NCBI GenBank assembly: GCA_965199715.1
Contig: OZ241322.1
Span: forward strand, 768,001 to 832,000
Source: Vicinamibacteria bacterium
GTDB taxonomy: Bacteria; Acidobacteriota; Vicinamibacteria; Marinacidobacterales; Marinacidobacteraceae
Direction of reading: 5' to 3'
DNA: 64,000 nucleotides
The position numbers were made by a program, and so were the translations under genes. The notes below the pieces were generated by a model. That model had not been told where the DNA came from and did no database searches. It saw nothing but the letters and a program-made list of their open reading frames with translations. Every line of letters begins with the position of its first letter. The stretch's first letter is position 1. Positions 9,652-18,347 of this stretch are shown here, piece after piece.

Positions 9652-11318
9652 GTCATTTCTGTCCGATTCCGGTGGCCGACCGGGCGCAGGCGCTCCCCGA
9701 GCCGGAGCTCCTTCCCGACTCGGCCGCGGTTCTCGCTCCCGAGCACGCCCGGGCGCTGCGGAACGCGCTTCTCGGCGGCGAGACCCACTACACCCCGCGC
9801 CCCGGGCTTCCCGAACTGCGCGAGCGGATCGCCGCGCTCCTCGTCGAGGCGGGAGCTCCGCCGGGCGGGCAGGTGGTCATCACGGCGGGGCGGCAGGAGG
9901 CGCTCTTCGTCGTCCGCGGAGTCGATCCGGTCGTGGACCTCGGCGACCGGTTCCCCGAGGCGGACCTTTCCGGGGTCTCGCCGGACGCCGTGCTGGTCGG
10001 TTCGCTCGACGCCTTCCCCGAGCTGGCCCCGTTTCGGCTCGGATTCTTCCGCTCGCCCGACGCGCTGCTTGCGCGGCTCCGCGGCCTGAAGCAGGCGATC
10101 TCCATTTGCACCGCGGCCCCGTCGCAACGGGCGGCGGCGCTCGTGCTCGGGGCGGAGCGGACGGCGCGTCCGCCGGAGATACGGACGCGGAAGGACGACT
10201 CGCGCTATTCGCTGATGGAACTTGCGGCGCAGATCCCCGACGTGGTGAGCCTCGGGCGGGGCGATCCCGACGCCGACGCCTCGAGAGCCGTCATCGAAGC
10301 GGCCGCCGCGACGCTCGGCGAGACCGAGGCGCTCGATCCGAGGGGGCAGCGCTGGCTGCGGGAGGCCATCGCCGAGCGGGAGGAGGCGCGGATCGGGGTC
10401 CGGTTCGATCCCGACTCCGAGATCGTCGTGACCAACGGCGCGCAGGAGGGGATCACGGTCGCCATGCTGGCGCTGCTGGGCGAGCGCGAGGACGTGATCC
10501 TCGCCGACCCGTACTACACGTCGTACCTTCAGGCCATCGACCTCGCCGGGGGGAAGCCGGCGCTCGTGCCCGCTGCGGGCGGGTCCGATTTCGGGATGCG
10601 CGCGGACGCGGCGACCGAGGCGTTCGGCCGCGCCGAACGGCCGCGCCTGCTCGCGATCGTGAACTTTTCGAATCCGACCGGAGCCCGCACTCGGGCGGAG
10701 GAAGTGCGCGGGCTCGCGGAACTCGCCGATCGCGGGCATCTGTGGGTGCTTTCCGACGAGGTCTATGGGGACATGACGCTCGACGGCGAGGGGCCGATCC
10801 TGTCCCCGGCGACGCTGCCGGGGATGAAGGGCCGGACGCTCACGCTCGGCAGCGTCTCGAAGAGCTACGCGATGACCGGGTTCCGGATCGGCTACCTGAC
10901 CGGCCCCGCCGACGCGATCGCCGCCTGCGCCCGGGTGAAGGCGGCGCTGTCGGGTCCGTCGCCGCTCTTCTCGCAGCGGGCCGCGGCGCTCGCGCTCGGC
11001 GGCGGCGAGGAGTTCCCCGCACGGATGCGCCGCATCTACGCCCCCCGGCGGAAGTTGCTGCTCGACGGTCTCCGTGACCTCGGCATCCCGACCGCCGACC
11101 ACGGGGGCGGATTCTTCGTCTGGGCGGATATCTCCCGCTTCGGGCTTCCGGCCGGGGATTTCTGCCGGCGGCTCCTCATCGAGGCGCGGGTGCTGATGTT
11201 CCCGGGAACCGCATTCGGAGCGCGCTGGGACCGGTACGTCAGGGTCTCGATGCTCCAGACCGAGGAGCGAATCAAGGAAGCGCTGGCGCGGATGAAGACG
11301 TTCGGAGGACGAACATGA
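9648..11318 (+). CDS. Class I/II PLP aminotransferase with a fused N-terminal degenerate aminotransferase half-copy
   Basis: The C-terminal ~370 aa carry NPTG, SDEVY, SVSKSYAMTGFRIGY (Lys codon 10860) and YVRVS. The N-terminal ~180 aa repeat HYTPRPGLPELRERIA, TAGRQEAL and FRLGF but lack the Lys. Confidence 0.88.
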   Translation: MSHFCPIPVADRAQALPEPELLPDSAAVLAPEHARALRNALLGGETHYTPRPGLPELRERIAALLVEAGAPPGGQVVITAGRQEALFVVRGVDPVVDLGDRFPEADLSGVSPDAVLVGSLDAFPELAPFRLGFFRSPDALLARLRGLKQAISICTAAPSQRAAALVLGAERTARPPEIRTRKDDSRYSLMELAAQIPDVVSLGRGDPDADASRAVIEAAAATLGETEALDPRGQRWLREAIAEREEARIGVRFDPDSEIVVTNGAQEGITVAMLALLGEREDVILADPYYTSYLQAIDLAGGKPALVPAAGGSDFGMRADAATEAFGRAERPRLLAIVNFSNPTGARTRAEEVRGLAELADRGHLWVLSDEVYGDMTLDGEGPILSPATLPGMKGRTLTLGSVSKSYAMTGFRIGYLTGPADAIAACARVKAALSGPSPLFSQRAAALALGGGEEFPARMRRIYAPRRKLLLDGLRDLGIPTADHGGGFFVWADISRFGLPAGDFCRRLLIEARVLMFPGTAFGARWDRYVRVSMLQTEERIKEALARMKTFGGRT

Positions 11319-12064
11319 ATCGAATGGAAGGGCGGTGCGCCGTCGTGACCGGCGCGGCCCATGGCATCGGGCGGGCGACCGCCGAGCTGTTCGGCGAGGA
11401 GGGAGCGCGGGTCGTGCTCGCCGACATCGCCGCCGAGGTGACCGAGGTCGCGGCCGGCGTATCCGGAGCGCGGGCGGTGGTCGCCGACGTGTCCACCGAG
11501 GCCGGAGTCGAGGAGGTCGTCGCGACCGCCGAGCGCGCGTTCGGCTCGGTGGAGGCGCTCGTGAACAACGCCGGGGTCGAGCTGAAGAAGCTGGTGGAAG
11601 ACACGAGCCTCGCCGAGTGGGAGCGCGTGCTCCGCGTGAACCTGACCTCGGCGTTCCTGATGTCCCGCCGGGTCGTGCCCGGCATGAAGAAGCAGCGCCG
11701 CGGCGTGATCGTCATGAACTCGTCGGTCGGGAACTTCATCGCCGCGACGAGGAGCTCCGCCTACGGAGCCTCCAAGTCCGGGATGATGGCGCTCGCCCGA
11801 GGTCTGGCGCTCGAGGGCGCGGAGTACGGCATCCGCGTGAACGCGGTCTGCCCCGGAGTCATCGACACGCCGATGAACCAGCGCAACCTCTCCCGCGCCG
11901 ACGATCCCGAAGCGATGCACCGCTCGTGGTACGAGGTCACCCCGCTCGGACGACTCGGCACGGCCCGCGACGTGGCGCAGTCGATCCTGTTCCTTGCGTC
12001 CGACGAATCGTCCTTCGTGACCGGGCTGCCGCTCGTGATCGACGGCGGCCGGCTGATCCAGTAA
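11315..12064 (+). CDS. Short-chain dehydrogenase/reductase (FabG-like)
   Basis: TGAAHGIG, NNAG, YGASK, NAVCPG and IDGG motifs. Confidence 0.93.
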   Translation: MNRMEGRCAVVTGAAHGIGRATAELFGEEGARVVLADIAAEVTEVAAGVSGARAVVADVSTEAGVEEVVATAERAFGSVEALVNNAGVELKKLVEDTSLAEWERVLRVNLTSAFLMSRRVVPGMKKQRRGVIVMNSSVGNFIAATRSSAYGASKSGMMALARGLALEGAEYGIRVNAVCPGVIDTPMNQRNLSRADDPEAMHRSWYEVTPLGRLGTARDVAQSILFLASDESSFVTGLPLVIDGGRLIQ

Positions 12065-12111
12065 CTGGCGAATCCGGTGCTAGGCTCCTCCCCGCTCAGG
12101 AGCGCGACCCA

Positions 12112-12600
12112 GTGACGCACATCCCCCTCTTCTTCCGATTCGAGGAGGACATTCCCGGGCCGGGTTTCGTCGCCAGAGTTCGTTTCTTGGGCCGGGTAAC
12201 CTGCACCCGCGAGTTCGGCTCGACTTGGATGTACGGCGTGAACCCGGGCGCGATCGCCGAGGAGGGAGATGGAATTCGGGCCGCGTACGTGAATTTCAGG
12301 GCGTCACTCACTGAGATCTTTCTTGACTTGGCCGAGGAGTCGTCCGACATCGGGGAGTTCCGTGCGGACGCTCGGTCCTTTTTCGACGCTACCGACGAGA
12401 CGAGCGTTCGCGAATGGGAGTCGGCTCGACAGGCGGTCCGCGCTGGCGAGGAGCCGGGCTTGGATCCCGGATTGACGCTGGATCGGGAAACGGGAGGAAC
12501 GGACGCAGATTTCCAGGTGACCACATCGAGCGGGCCCGCCACGAGTCAAGAGGTGAGATCAACTTCCGAGCGCGAGCCCCGCGCCCTGCTCGCAGCGTAG
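12112..12600 (+). CDS. Hypothetical protein with a HicB-like antitoxin core
   Basis: AGGAG SD then GTG at 12112. WMYGVNPGAIAEEGDGIRAAYVNFRASLTEIFLDL resembles the HicB partial RNase H fold. Codon usage is more A/T-rich than the flanks. Confidence 0.5.
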   Translation: MTHIPLFFRFEEDIPGPGFVARVRFLGRVTCTREFGSTWMYGVNPGAIAEEGDGIRAAYVNFRASLTEIFLDLAEESSDIGEFRADARSFFDATDETSVREWESARQAVRAGEEPGLDPGLTLDRETGGTDADFQVTTSSGPATSQEVRSTSEREPRALLAA

Positions 12601-12615
12601 AACTCGGCGCCCGGA

Positions 12616-12837
12616 GTGACCAATACCGGGCCCCTTCCTTGGAAAAGGGTCAAGCAGTGCTTCGACGAGCTGCTCCCGGGGTGGTCCATGCGGCGGTCCA
12701 CGCATCGCTTCCTTCTGTCCTGCAAGGCCATTCGCCCGGAGAACTTCCCCTTGAACAAGGGCAAACACGGAAGCAAGGTTCCAAGCGTGCGGCCGAGCGA
12801 ACTGCGAAGAGTGCTCAGGTTCTTTCGTAGAGAGTGA
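12616..12837 (+). CDS. Small basic HicA-like toxin candidate
   Basis: 73 aa, strongly basic. Pattern helix-GW-x-STH-beta...H...helix(ELRRVLRFF) matches HicA dsRBD-like topology. Directly follows the HicB-like ORF. Confidence 0.5.
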   Translation: MTNTGPLPWKRVKQCFDELLPGWSMRRSTHRFLLSCKAIRPENFPLNKGKHGSKVPSVRPSELRRVLRFFRRE

Positions 12838-12892
12838 CCCAAGGATTCCGATCTCCTCCACCAGTCAAGCGGATCCCGTACCGTTTGCTCGC

Positions 12893-14401
12893 TCAGGCCG
12901 CGTCGCCGACGACGCGCACCCGGACCCGGCGCGCATCTCCCGGGAGGTAGGCGAGCGGCAGGTCCTCGCGCTCGACCATCTCCAGCCGTCCGGCGTCCGC
13001 TCCGGCGGCCGCGGCGCGTTGCTCGGCCTCCTCCGTCGCGAGCCGGAACGCCTCCTCGCGCCCCACTCCGTGAAAGATGCGATCCACCTCGCCGCCAACT
13101 CGGGCGATCGCCGCGCCCACCGCGTTCGCAACCTCGCCCCCGGGAACGCGGACCGTCTCCGACACTCCCTCGAGTTCGTCCGGGACGAGAAACGCGCCGC
13201 CGCCCACGGCGAGCAGCGGACACGCCCGGGCGTCCGGCTTCATCCGGTCCACGGCCTCGCCGATGCGCTCCCGCACGGTCGCCTCGAACCGCCGGACGGT
13301 CGAAGCCGACAATCCCCGCACGCGCTCCGGATCCCCGAGGCGGATCCAGCCGGCCGCGACGCCGAGATCGGTCGCGGTCAGGGTCTCCCCGCCGAAGGCG
13401 AGTCCGCGCTTCGGCAGCCGGAACCCGACGCTCGCAGGCCCCACCGCCGCCCCGTCCGCCGTCGCGAGGCTCCCGCCGCCGAGCGCGATCGAGAGCAGGT
13501 CGGGCATCCGGAACAAGGTCCGCACGCCGCCGACCTCGACCTCGCGCGGCGCTTCGCGGGGGAACCCGGCCCGAAGCGCTCCCACGTCGGTGGTCGTGCC
13601 GCCGACGTCCACGACGACCGCGTCGGTCGCGCCCGTGAGAAACGACGCGCCGGTCATCGAGTTCACCGGACCGGACGAGATGCTCAGCACCGGCGCCTCG
13701 GCGGCCGCCTCGACGCTCGCGATCGTCCCGTCGTTGCGGGCGAGGAAGAGCGGCGCCCCGGCGATCCCGGCGAAGGCGCCGGCGAGGCGGCGGGCGAGCG
13801 GCCGCAGCGCCGCGTTCAGGAGACCCGCGTTCTCGCGTCCAAGCAGGCCGATCCGTCCGAGTCGGCGCGACTCGGTGATCGAGGCGTCCGGGTGCTCCTC
13901 GCGCAGGATCTCGGCCGCCCGCGCCTCGCCGCCGCCGTCGAGCGGCGAGAACACCGCGCTGACCGCGATCTCCCGGATCCCGGCTTCCCGGATCGCGCGC
14001 CCGGCGCGGGCGACCGCGCGCTCGGCGAGCGGGACGATCGGGCGGCCGTCGCACTCGTGCCCGCCCTCGACCATGAACACGGGCCCCCGCACGATCTCCC
14101 GCAGGCCCTCGGGCCAGTCGCAAAACGGCGGCAGCGACGCGCTCGCCGGGAGCCCGACCCGCAGCGCCGCGACGCGCTCGAGCCCCTCGCCGGTCAGCAC
14201 CGCGTTCGTGAAGTGCGTCGTCCCGATCACGACCCGGGACGCGGGCCCCTCCCCCACTCCGGCGAGCGCCGTCCGGACGCCTTCGAGCACGTCGGGCGTG
14301 GTCTCGGTCTTGGAGCTGCGCAGCGCTTCCGCGCCGCGCATCCGGACCGCGTCGGTGTGCGTGCCGCCGACGTCCACGCCGATCCGGTCGCGGGGGCTCA
14401 T
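12893..14401 (-). CDS. Hydantoinase A/oxoprolinase family protein (ASKHA ATPase)
   Basis: IGVDVGGTHTD, GTTHFTNA, SGPVNS, DVGGTTTD and ANAVGAA motifs. ATG at 14401 overlaps the DUF917 stop. Confidence 0.92.
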   Translation of the reverse strand: MSPRDRIGVDVGGTHTDAVRMRGAEALRSSKTETTPDVLEGVRTALAGVGEGPASRVVIGTTHFTNAVLTGEGLERVAALRVGLPASASLPPFCDWPEGLREIVRGPVFMVEGGHECDGRPIVPLAERAVARAGRAIREAGIREIAVSAVFSPLDGGGEARAAEILREEHPDASITESRRLGRIGLLGRENAGLLNAALRPLARRLAGAFAGIAGAPLFLARNDGTIASVEAAAEAPVLSISSGPVNSMTGASFLTGATDAVVVDVGGTTTDVGALRAGFPREAPREVEVGGVRTLFRMPDLLSIALGGGSLATADGAAVGPASVGFRLPKRGLAFGGETLTATDLGVAAGWIRLGDPERVRGLSASTVRRFEATVRERIGEAVDRMKPDARACPLLAVGGGAFLVPDELEGVSETVRVPGGEVANAVGAAIARVGGEVDRIFHGVGREEAFRLATEEAEQRAAAAGADAGRLEMVEREDLPLAYLPGDARRVRVRVVGDAA

Positions 14402-15471
14402 GCGAACAGCGGGCGGAAATCGAGGTCGAAGCCGAACGCCCGCGGCCCGACCCGGCGGAGCGCGGCCTCGGACTTGAGGACGCTGGGAGCGTCGAGCGCG
14501 AGCACGCGGACCCGCTGGCCGTAGCCGATGACCTCGGTCCCGAGCGCCTCGCCGGTGTTCGTATCGACCACGCAGAGGATCTCGGGGGTCGTCGCGACGG
14601 GCTCGCCGTCCCGGAACGCGACCGCGAACTCGTTGCGGAAGTGGAGCTCCAGCTCGCTTCCCCGGTCGGGGCCGAGCCCGGCGATCCGGGCCGACCCCTT
14701 GAGGAACCCGCGCGTCGTGCGCCGGTCGATGTCCGCCACCTTGCCGGTGAACAGCAGCAGGCCGCGCTCGCGCCCGAGGATCGCCGCCACCGGGTCCTCG
14801 CCGGCGCGGCGCGCCGCCCGGACCGCCGCGCCGATCCCGATGGCGCGGGAGACCGATCCCAGCACCGCGTGGTCCTTGATCTCGCGCCCGGTGCGCGGCG
14901 CCTTCGCAGTGGCCGCGATCGAGCCGACCTCGGTGACCGCGACCCGGCCGAGCCGCTCCTGCCACTCCCAGCTCGCCGCCCGGTCCACGATCACCACGTT
15001 GTCGCGCACGTCCACGAGGCAAGACGGCCAGTTGCGCAGCTCGGCGATCGCGAACGTCGTCATCTGCGCTTCGGGGAACGCCCGCCCCATGCAGTCGGCG
15101 TCCACCACCGGGAGACCGGTTCGCGCCGCGACCATGAAGCTCTGGAGCGCGTTCGAGCCCCCGATCTCGAGCGACATCACCGCGGCGAAACGCTTCCCCA
15201 GGCGCTCCTCGAGCGCGCGCACCGGCTTCGCGGCGATCTCCGGGTCGGGCAGCCGCTCCTCCCCGACGAGCGGCGCGCCCATGGTCGAGACCACGGCGAC
15301 CAGGTTCTCGTCGCCGAGTTCGGACGCGGAGAGGAGGGTCGGCTCGAATCCGCGGGCGGTCTCGATCCGCAGGTTCAACAGCGAATGCGCGGGGTTGCCG
15401 CCGCCCCCGGCCCCGAGAACCCACGCGCCGACGGCGAGATCCTCGATCTCCTCGGGAGCGAGCCGGCGCAT
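14398..15471 (-). CDS. DUF917-family protein (family includes thiohydantoin desulfurases)
   Basis: LGAGGGG, MGAP, EIGGSN, DADCMGRAFPE, NEF and PEILC motifs. Coupled to the hydantoinase gene, the typical pairing. Confidence 0.88.
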   Translation of the reverse strand: MRRLAPEEIEDLAVGAWVLGAGGGGNPAHSLLNLRIETARGFEPTLLSASELGDENLVAVVSTMGAPLVGEERLPDPEIAAKPVRALEERLGKRFAAVMSLEIGGSNALQSFMVAARTGLPVVDADCMGRAFPEAQMTTFAIAELRNWPSCLVDVRDNVVIVDRAASWEWQERLGRVAVTEVGSIAATAKAPRTGREIKDHAVLGSVSRAIGIGAAVRAARRAGEDPVAAILGRERGLLLFTGKVADIDRRTTRGFLKGSARIAGLGPDRGSELELHFRNEFAVAFRDGEPVATTPEILCVVDTNTGEALGTEVIGYGQRVRVLALDAPSVLKSEAALRRVGPRAFGFDLDFRPLFA

Positions 15472-15480
15472 CGGGCGGCC

Positions 15481-15490
15481 ATGCTACCTT
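15481..15490. promoter_or_regulatory. Overlapping back-to-back -10 elements (bidirectional, leaderless-type promoter)
   Basis: ATGCTACCTT. Plus strand: TGcTACCTT lies 7 nt before the AroM GTG. Minus strand: TAGCAT lies 9 nt before the DUF917 ATG. The gap is only 26 bp and has no SD. Confidence 0.55.
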
Positions 15491-15497
15491 CCGGCGG

Positions 15498-16139
15498 GTG
15501 CTCCACTTCCTCACCATCGGACAGGCGCCGAGGCCGGACGCGACCCCCGAGATCCTCGAGTTCATGGGGATCGAAGACGGGCCGGTCGTCGAGGCGGGCG
15601 CGCTCGACGGGTTGGACCGGTCCGGGATCCCCGCGCCCGAATCCGGAGACATGCCGCTCGTCACCCGGCTCGCGAGCGGGGAGGAGGTCCTCGTCGGCGA
15701 GAGCTTCATCGAGCGGCGGATGCGGGCGCTCGTGGATCGGGTTCCGCCCGGCGACGCGGCGGCGATCCTGTGCACCGGTCCCTTTCCCGGGATCCCGGAG
15801 CGGCCCGGGCTCGTGAAGGCGGGGCCGGAGTTCGACCGCGCGCTCGCCGCCGCGTGCTCCCCCGGCATGTCGGTCTCGATCCTGATCCCCGATCCGGGGC
15901 AGGAGGAGGACGCCCGGCGCCGGGTTCCGGCGGGCTGCCGCGTCCTCGTCGGGGTGGGCTCGCCCTACTCGGACGACGCCGACTGGCTCCCCGACGGGTT
16001 CGGCGACGCGGACCTGGTCGCGCTCAACTGCCTCGGCTACGACGGCCGCATGGAGCGCGCGCTCGCCGCCGCGACCGGCAAGCGGATCCTGCTGGCCCGC
16101 CGGGTGCTCGCGGAGCGGCTCGCCGAGGCGGCGGCGTGA
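15498..16139 (+). CDS. AroM-family protein
   Basis: TIGQAPRPD, LVTRLASG, ILCTG, SPY and LNCLGY motifs typical of AroM. Confidence 0.85.
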   Translation: MLHFLTIGQAPRPDATPEILEFMGIEDGPVVEAGALDGLDRSGIPAPESGDMPLVTRLASGEEVLVGESFIERRMRALVDRVPPGDAAAILCTGPFPGIPERPGLVKAGPEFDRALAAACSPGMSVSILIPDPGQEEDARRRVPAGCRVLVGVGSPYSDDADWLPDGFGDADLVALNCLGYDGRMERALAAATGKRILLARRVLAERLAEAAA

Positions 16140-16966
16140 GATACGCGCCGCTCGCGCTGCTTCTCGCCTGCGGCGCTCCGACGCCCGACGGACCGGCGCC
16201 GCTGGTGCTCGCCGCCGACGTGGGGTTCGCGCCGCACGCGATGATGGCGGCGAACGGCGACGTCGAGGGCTTCAACGTCGATCTCGCGAACGAGATCGCG
16301 GCGCGGATGGGCCGCCCCGGGGCGCGCATCGTGGACTCGGAGTGGTCGTCGATCTTCTCCGGCCTCTACGCCGGCAAGTTCGACTTCGTGATCGCTCCCA
16401 CGACGATCACCGAGGGGCGGGCGGCGCGGGTGCTCCTCTCCGAGGGCTACCTCGACACCGATCCGGTCTTCCTCCGGCGGAGCGACCAGCCGGTGCTCGA
16501 AGGGCTGGACGAACTGCGCGGACGGACGGTGGCCGTGAACAACGGCTCGGCCTACGACCTGTGGGCGACCGCCAACGCCCGCCCGCTCGGGTTCGAGGTG
16601 CTGCGCTACGGCAAGAACGCCGACGCGGTGCAGGCCGTGCTCTCCGGGCAGGCGTCCACGAACCTCGTCGGCGAGTCGGTGGGCCTGTGGGCGGTGGACC
16701 GGAACCCCGACCTGCGCGCCGACTACCGAATCTCGGCCGAAACCGCCTTCGCGATCGCGTTCCGCAACGAGGACCGCGAGCTGCGCAACGAGGTCGAAAC
16801 CATCCTCGAATGCCTCAAGACCGAGGGCGTGCTCGCGCGGATCCATCACGAATGGCTCGGCGTGGAGCCGACCCCCGGATCGGCGGCGGTCACGCCGTTC
16901 GAGGGGTTCGGGCCGCCCGGACTGACCGGCTTCGAGCCCACGCCGGGACGCCGGCCCTGCGGGTGA
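16136..16966 (+). CDS. Polar amino-acid ABC transporter substrate-binding lipoprotein
   Basis: Lipobox LLAC; GFNVDL, TITEGRA and NNGS family-3 binding-protein motifs. GTGA overlap at the start. Confidence 0.88.
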   Translation: MRYAPLALLLACGAPTPDGPAPLVLAADVGFAPHAMMAANGDVEGFNVDLANEIAARMGRPGARIVDSEWSSIFSGLYAGKFDFVIAPTTITEGRAARVLLSEGYLDTDPVFLRRSDQPVLEGLDELRGRTVAVNNGSAYDLWATANARPLGFEVLRYGKNADAVQAVLSGQASTNLVGESVGLWAVDRNPDLRADYRISAETAFAIAFRNEDRELRNEVETILECLKTEGVLARIHHEWLGVEPTPGSAAVTPFEGFGPPGLTGFEPTPGRRPCG

Positions 16967-17694
16967 CGGCGCCGGTCCTCGAACTCCGCGGCGTCGGCAA
17001 GGACTTCGTCGGCGCGCCCGCGCTGCGGGGGGTCAGCCTCGCGGTGGGGGAGGGCGAACTCGTCGCGCTCATCGGGCCCTCGGGATCGGGCAAGAGCACG
17101 TTGATCCGCTGCTGCAACCGGCTCGCCGAACCGGACGCCGGCGAGATCTTCTTCGAGGGGCGGCCGGCCCCGACCGCGGGCGCGGATCTGGCGCTGCTGC
17201 GCCGCCGGATGGGGATGGTGTTCCAGGCGTTCAACCTGTACCCGCACCTGAGCGCGCTCGGCAACGTCGCGCTCGCGCCCCGCCACGCCGCGGGGCTTCC
17301 GGCCCGGGAGGCGGAGCGGCTCGCGCGGGAAGCGCTCGACCGAGTCGGGCTCGCGGATCGCGCCGACGCGCGGCCGGACGAGCTTTCCGGCGGGCAGCAG
17401 CAGCGGGTCGCGATCGCGCGGGCGCTCGCGCTGAAGCCGCGCCTGCTGCTGCTCGACGAGCCGACGAGCGCGCTCGACCCGGAGCTCGTGGGGAGCGTGC
17501 TCCGGGTGATCCAGTCGCTGAAGCGCGACGGCGTCGCGATGCTCATCGCCACGCACGAGATCGGGTTCGCCCGCGAGGCCGCCGACCGGATCGTCTTCCT
17601 CGAGGAAGGCCGGATCGCCGCGGAGGGGCCGCCGGAGACGATGCTGGACCGGCCCGAGAACGAGCGGCTGCGGGCGTTTCTCGGCCGGCTCTGA
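16963..17694 (+). CDS. Polar amino-acid ABC transporter ATP-binding protein
   Basis: GPSGSGKS, FQAFNLYPH, LSGGQQQRVAIARAL and DEPTSALDPE motifs. Confidence 0.95.
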   Translation: MTAPVLELRGVGKDFVGAPALRGVSLAVGEGELVALIGPSGSGKSTLIRCCNRLAEPDAGEIFFEGRPAPTAGADLALLRRRMGMVFQAFNLYPHLSALGNVALAPRHAAGLPAREAERLAREALDRVGLADRADARPDELSGGQQQRVAIARALALKPRLLLLDEPTSALDPELVGSVLRVIQSLKRDGVAMLIATHEIGFAREAADRIVFLEEGRIAAEGPPETMLDRPENERLRAFLGRL

Positions 17695-18347
17695 TGGGCG
17701 CATTCCTCGACCCCGAGGTCCTCCGGGCGGCGTGGCCGGGCGTGCGCTCGGGCCTCGGCGTCACCGCCGCGCTGGCGCTCGCGTCGATCGCCGGCGGAAC
17801 CGCGCTCGGCCTGCTGCTCGCCGTCGTCCGGGCGCGGCTGCCCCGGTTCGGCGGACTGATCGCCGGATACGCCGACGTGGGCCGCGCGATTCCGCCGCTC
17901 GTGCTGCTGGTCGTCCTCTACTTCGCCGCGCCCTTCGCCGGGATCGAGCTGAGCGGGTTCGCGGCCGCCTTCGCCGCGCTCGGACTGGTGCTCGGCGCGT
18001 CCAGCGAGGAGATCTTCTGGGCGGGGATCGCGTCGGTGGACCGGGGCCAGTGGGAAGCGGCGCTCGCGACCGGCCTCGGCCGGGGCCGGGCGCTGCGCCT
18101 CGTCGTGCTTCCCCAGGCGATCCGGCTGACGATCCCCCCGCTCACGAATCGGGCCATCGCGACCGGCAAGAACACGGCGCTCGCGTCGGTCGTCGCCGTT
18201 CCCGAAGTGCTGAGCCAGGCGACGAGCGTCCAGGCCCAGACCGCGAGTCCGGCCCCGCTGCTGCTGGCGGCCGCCGTGTACCTGGTCCTCTTCCTGCCGC
18301 TGGTGCGCTTCGGGCGCTGGCTCGAGACCCGGTTCCCCTCGCCGTGA
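17694..18347 (+). CDS. Polar amino-acid ABC transporter permease
   Basis: RAIPPLV, GQWEAALATG (EAA loop), LPQA and KNTALASVV motifs. Confidence 0.92.
   Translation: MGAFLDPEVLRAAWPGVRSGLGVTAALALASIAGGTALGLLLAVVRARLPRFGGLIAGYADVGRAIPPLVLLVVLYFAAPFAGIELSGFAAAFAALGLVLGASSEEIFWAGIASVDRGQWEAALATGLGRGRALRLVVLPQAIRLTIPPLTNRAIATGKNTALASVVAVPEVLSQATSVQAQTASPAPLLLAAAVYLVLFLPLVRFGRWLETRFPSP

Noticed and set aside
12843-12863. GGATTCCGATCTCCTCCACCA resembling a tRNA/tmRNA 3' end or att site beside the hicBA-like cassette
   Set aside because: There is no T-arm GTTCRA, no cloverleaf, no matching copy on the other side and no integrase. The match is too short to support.
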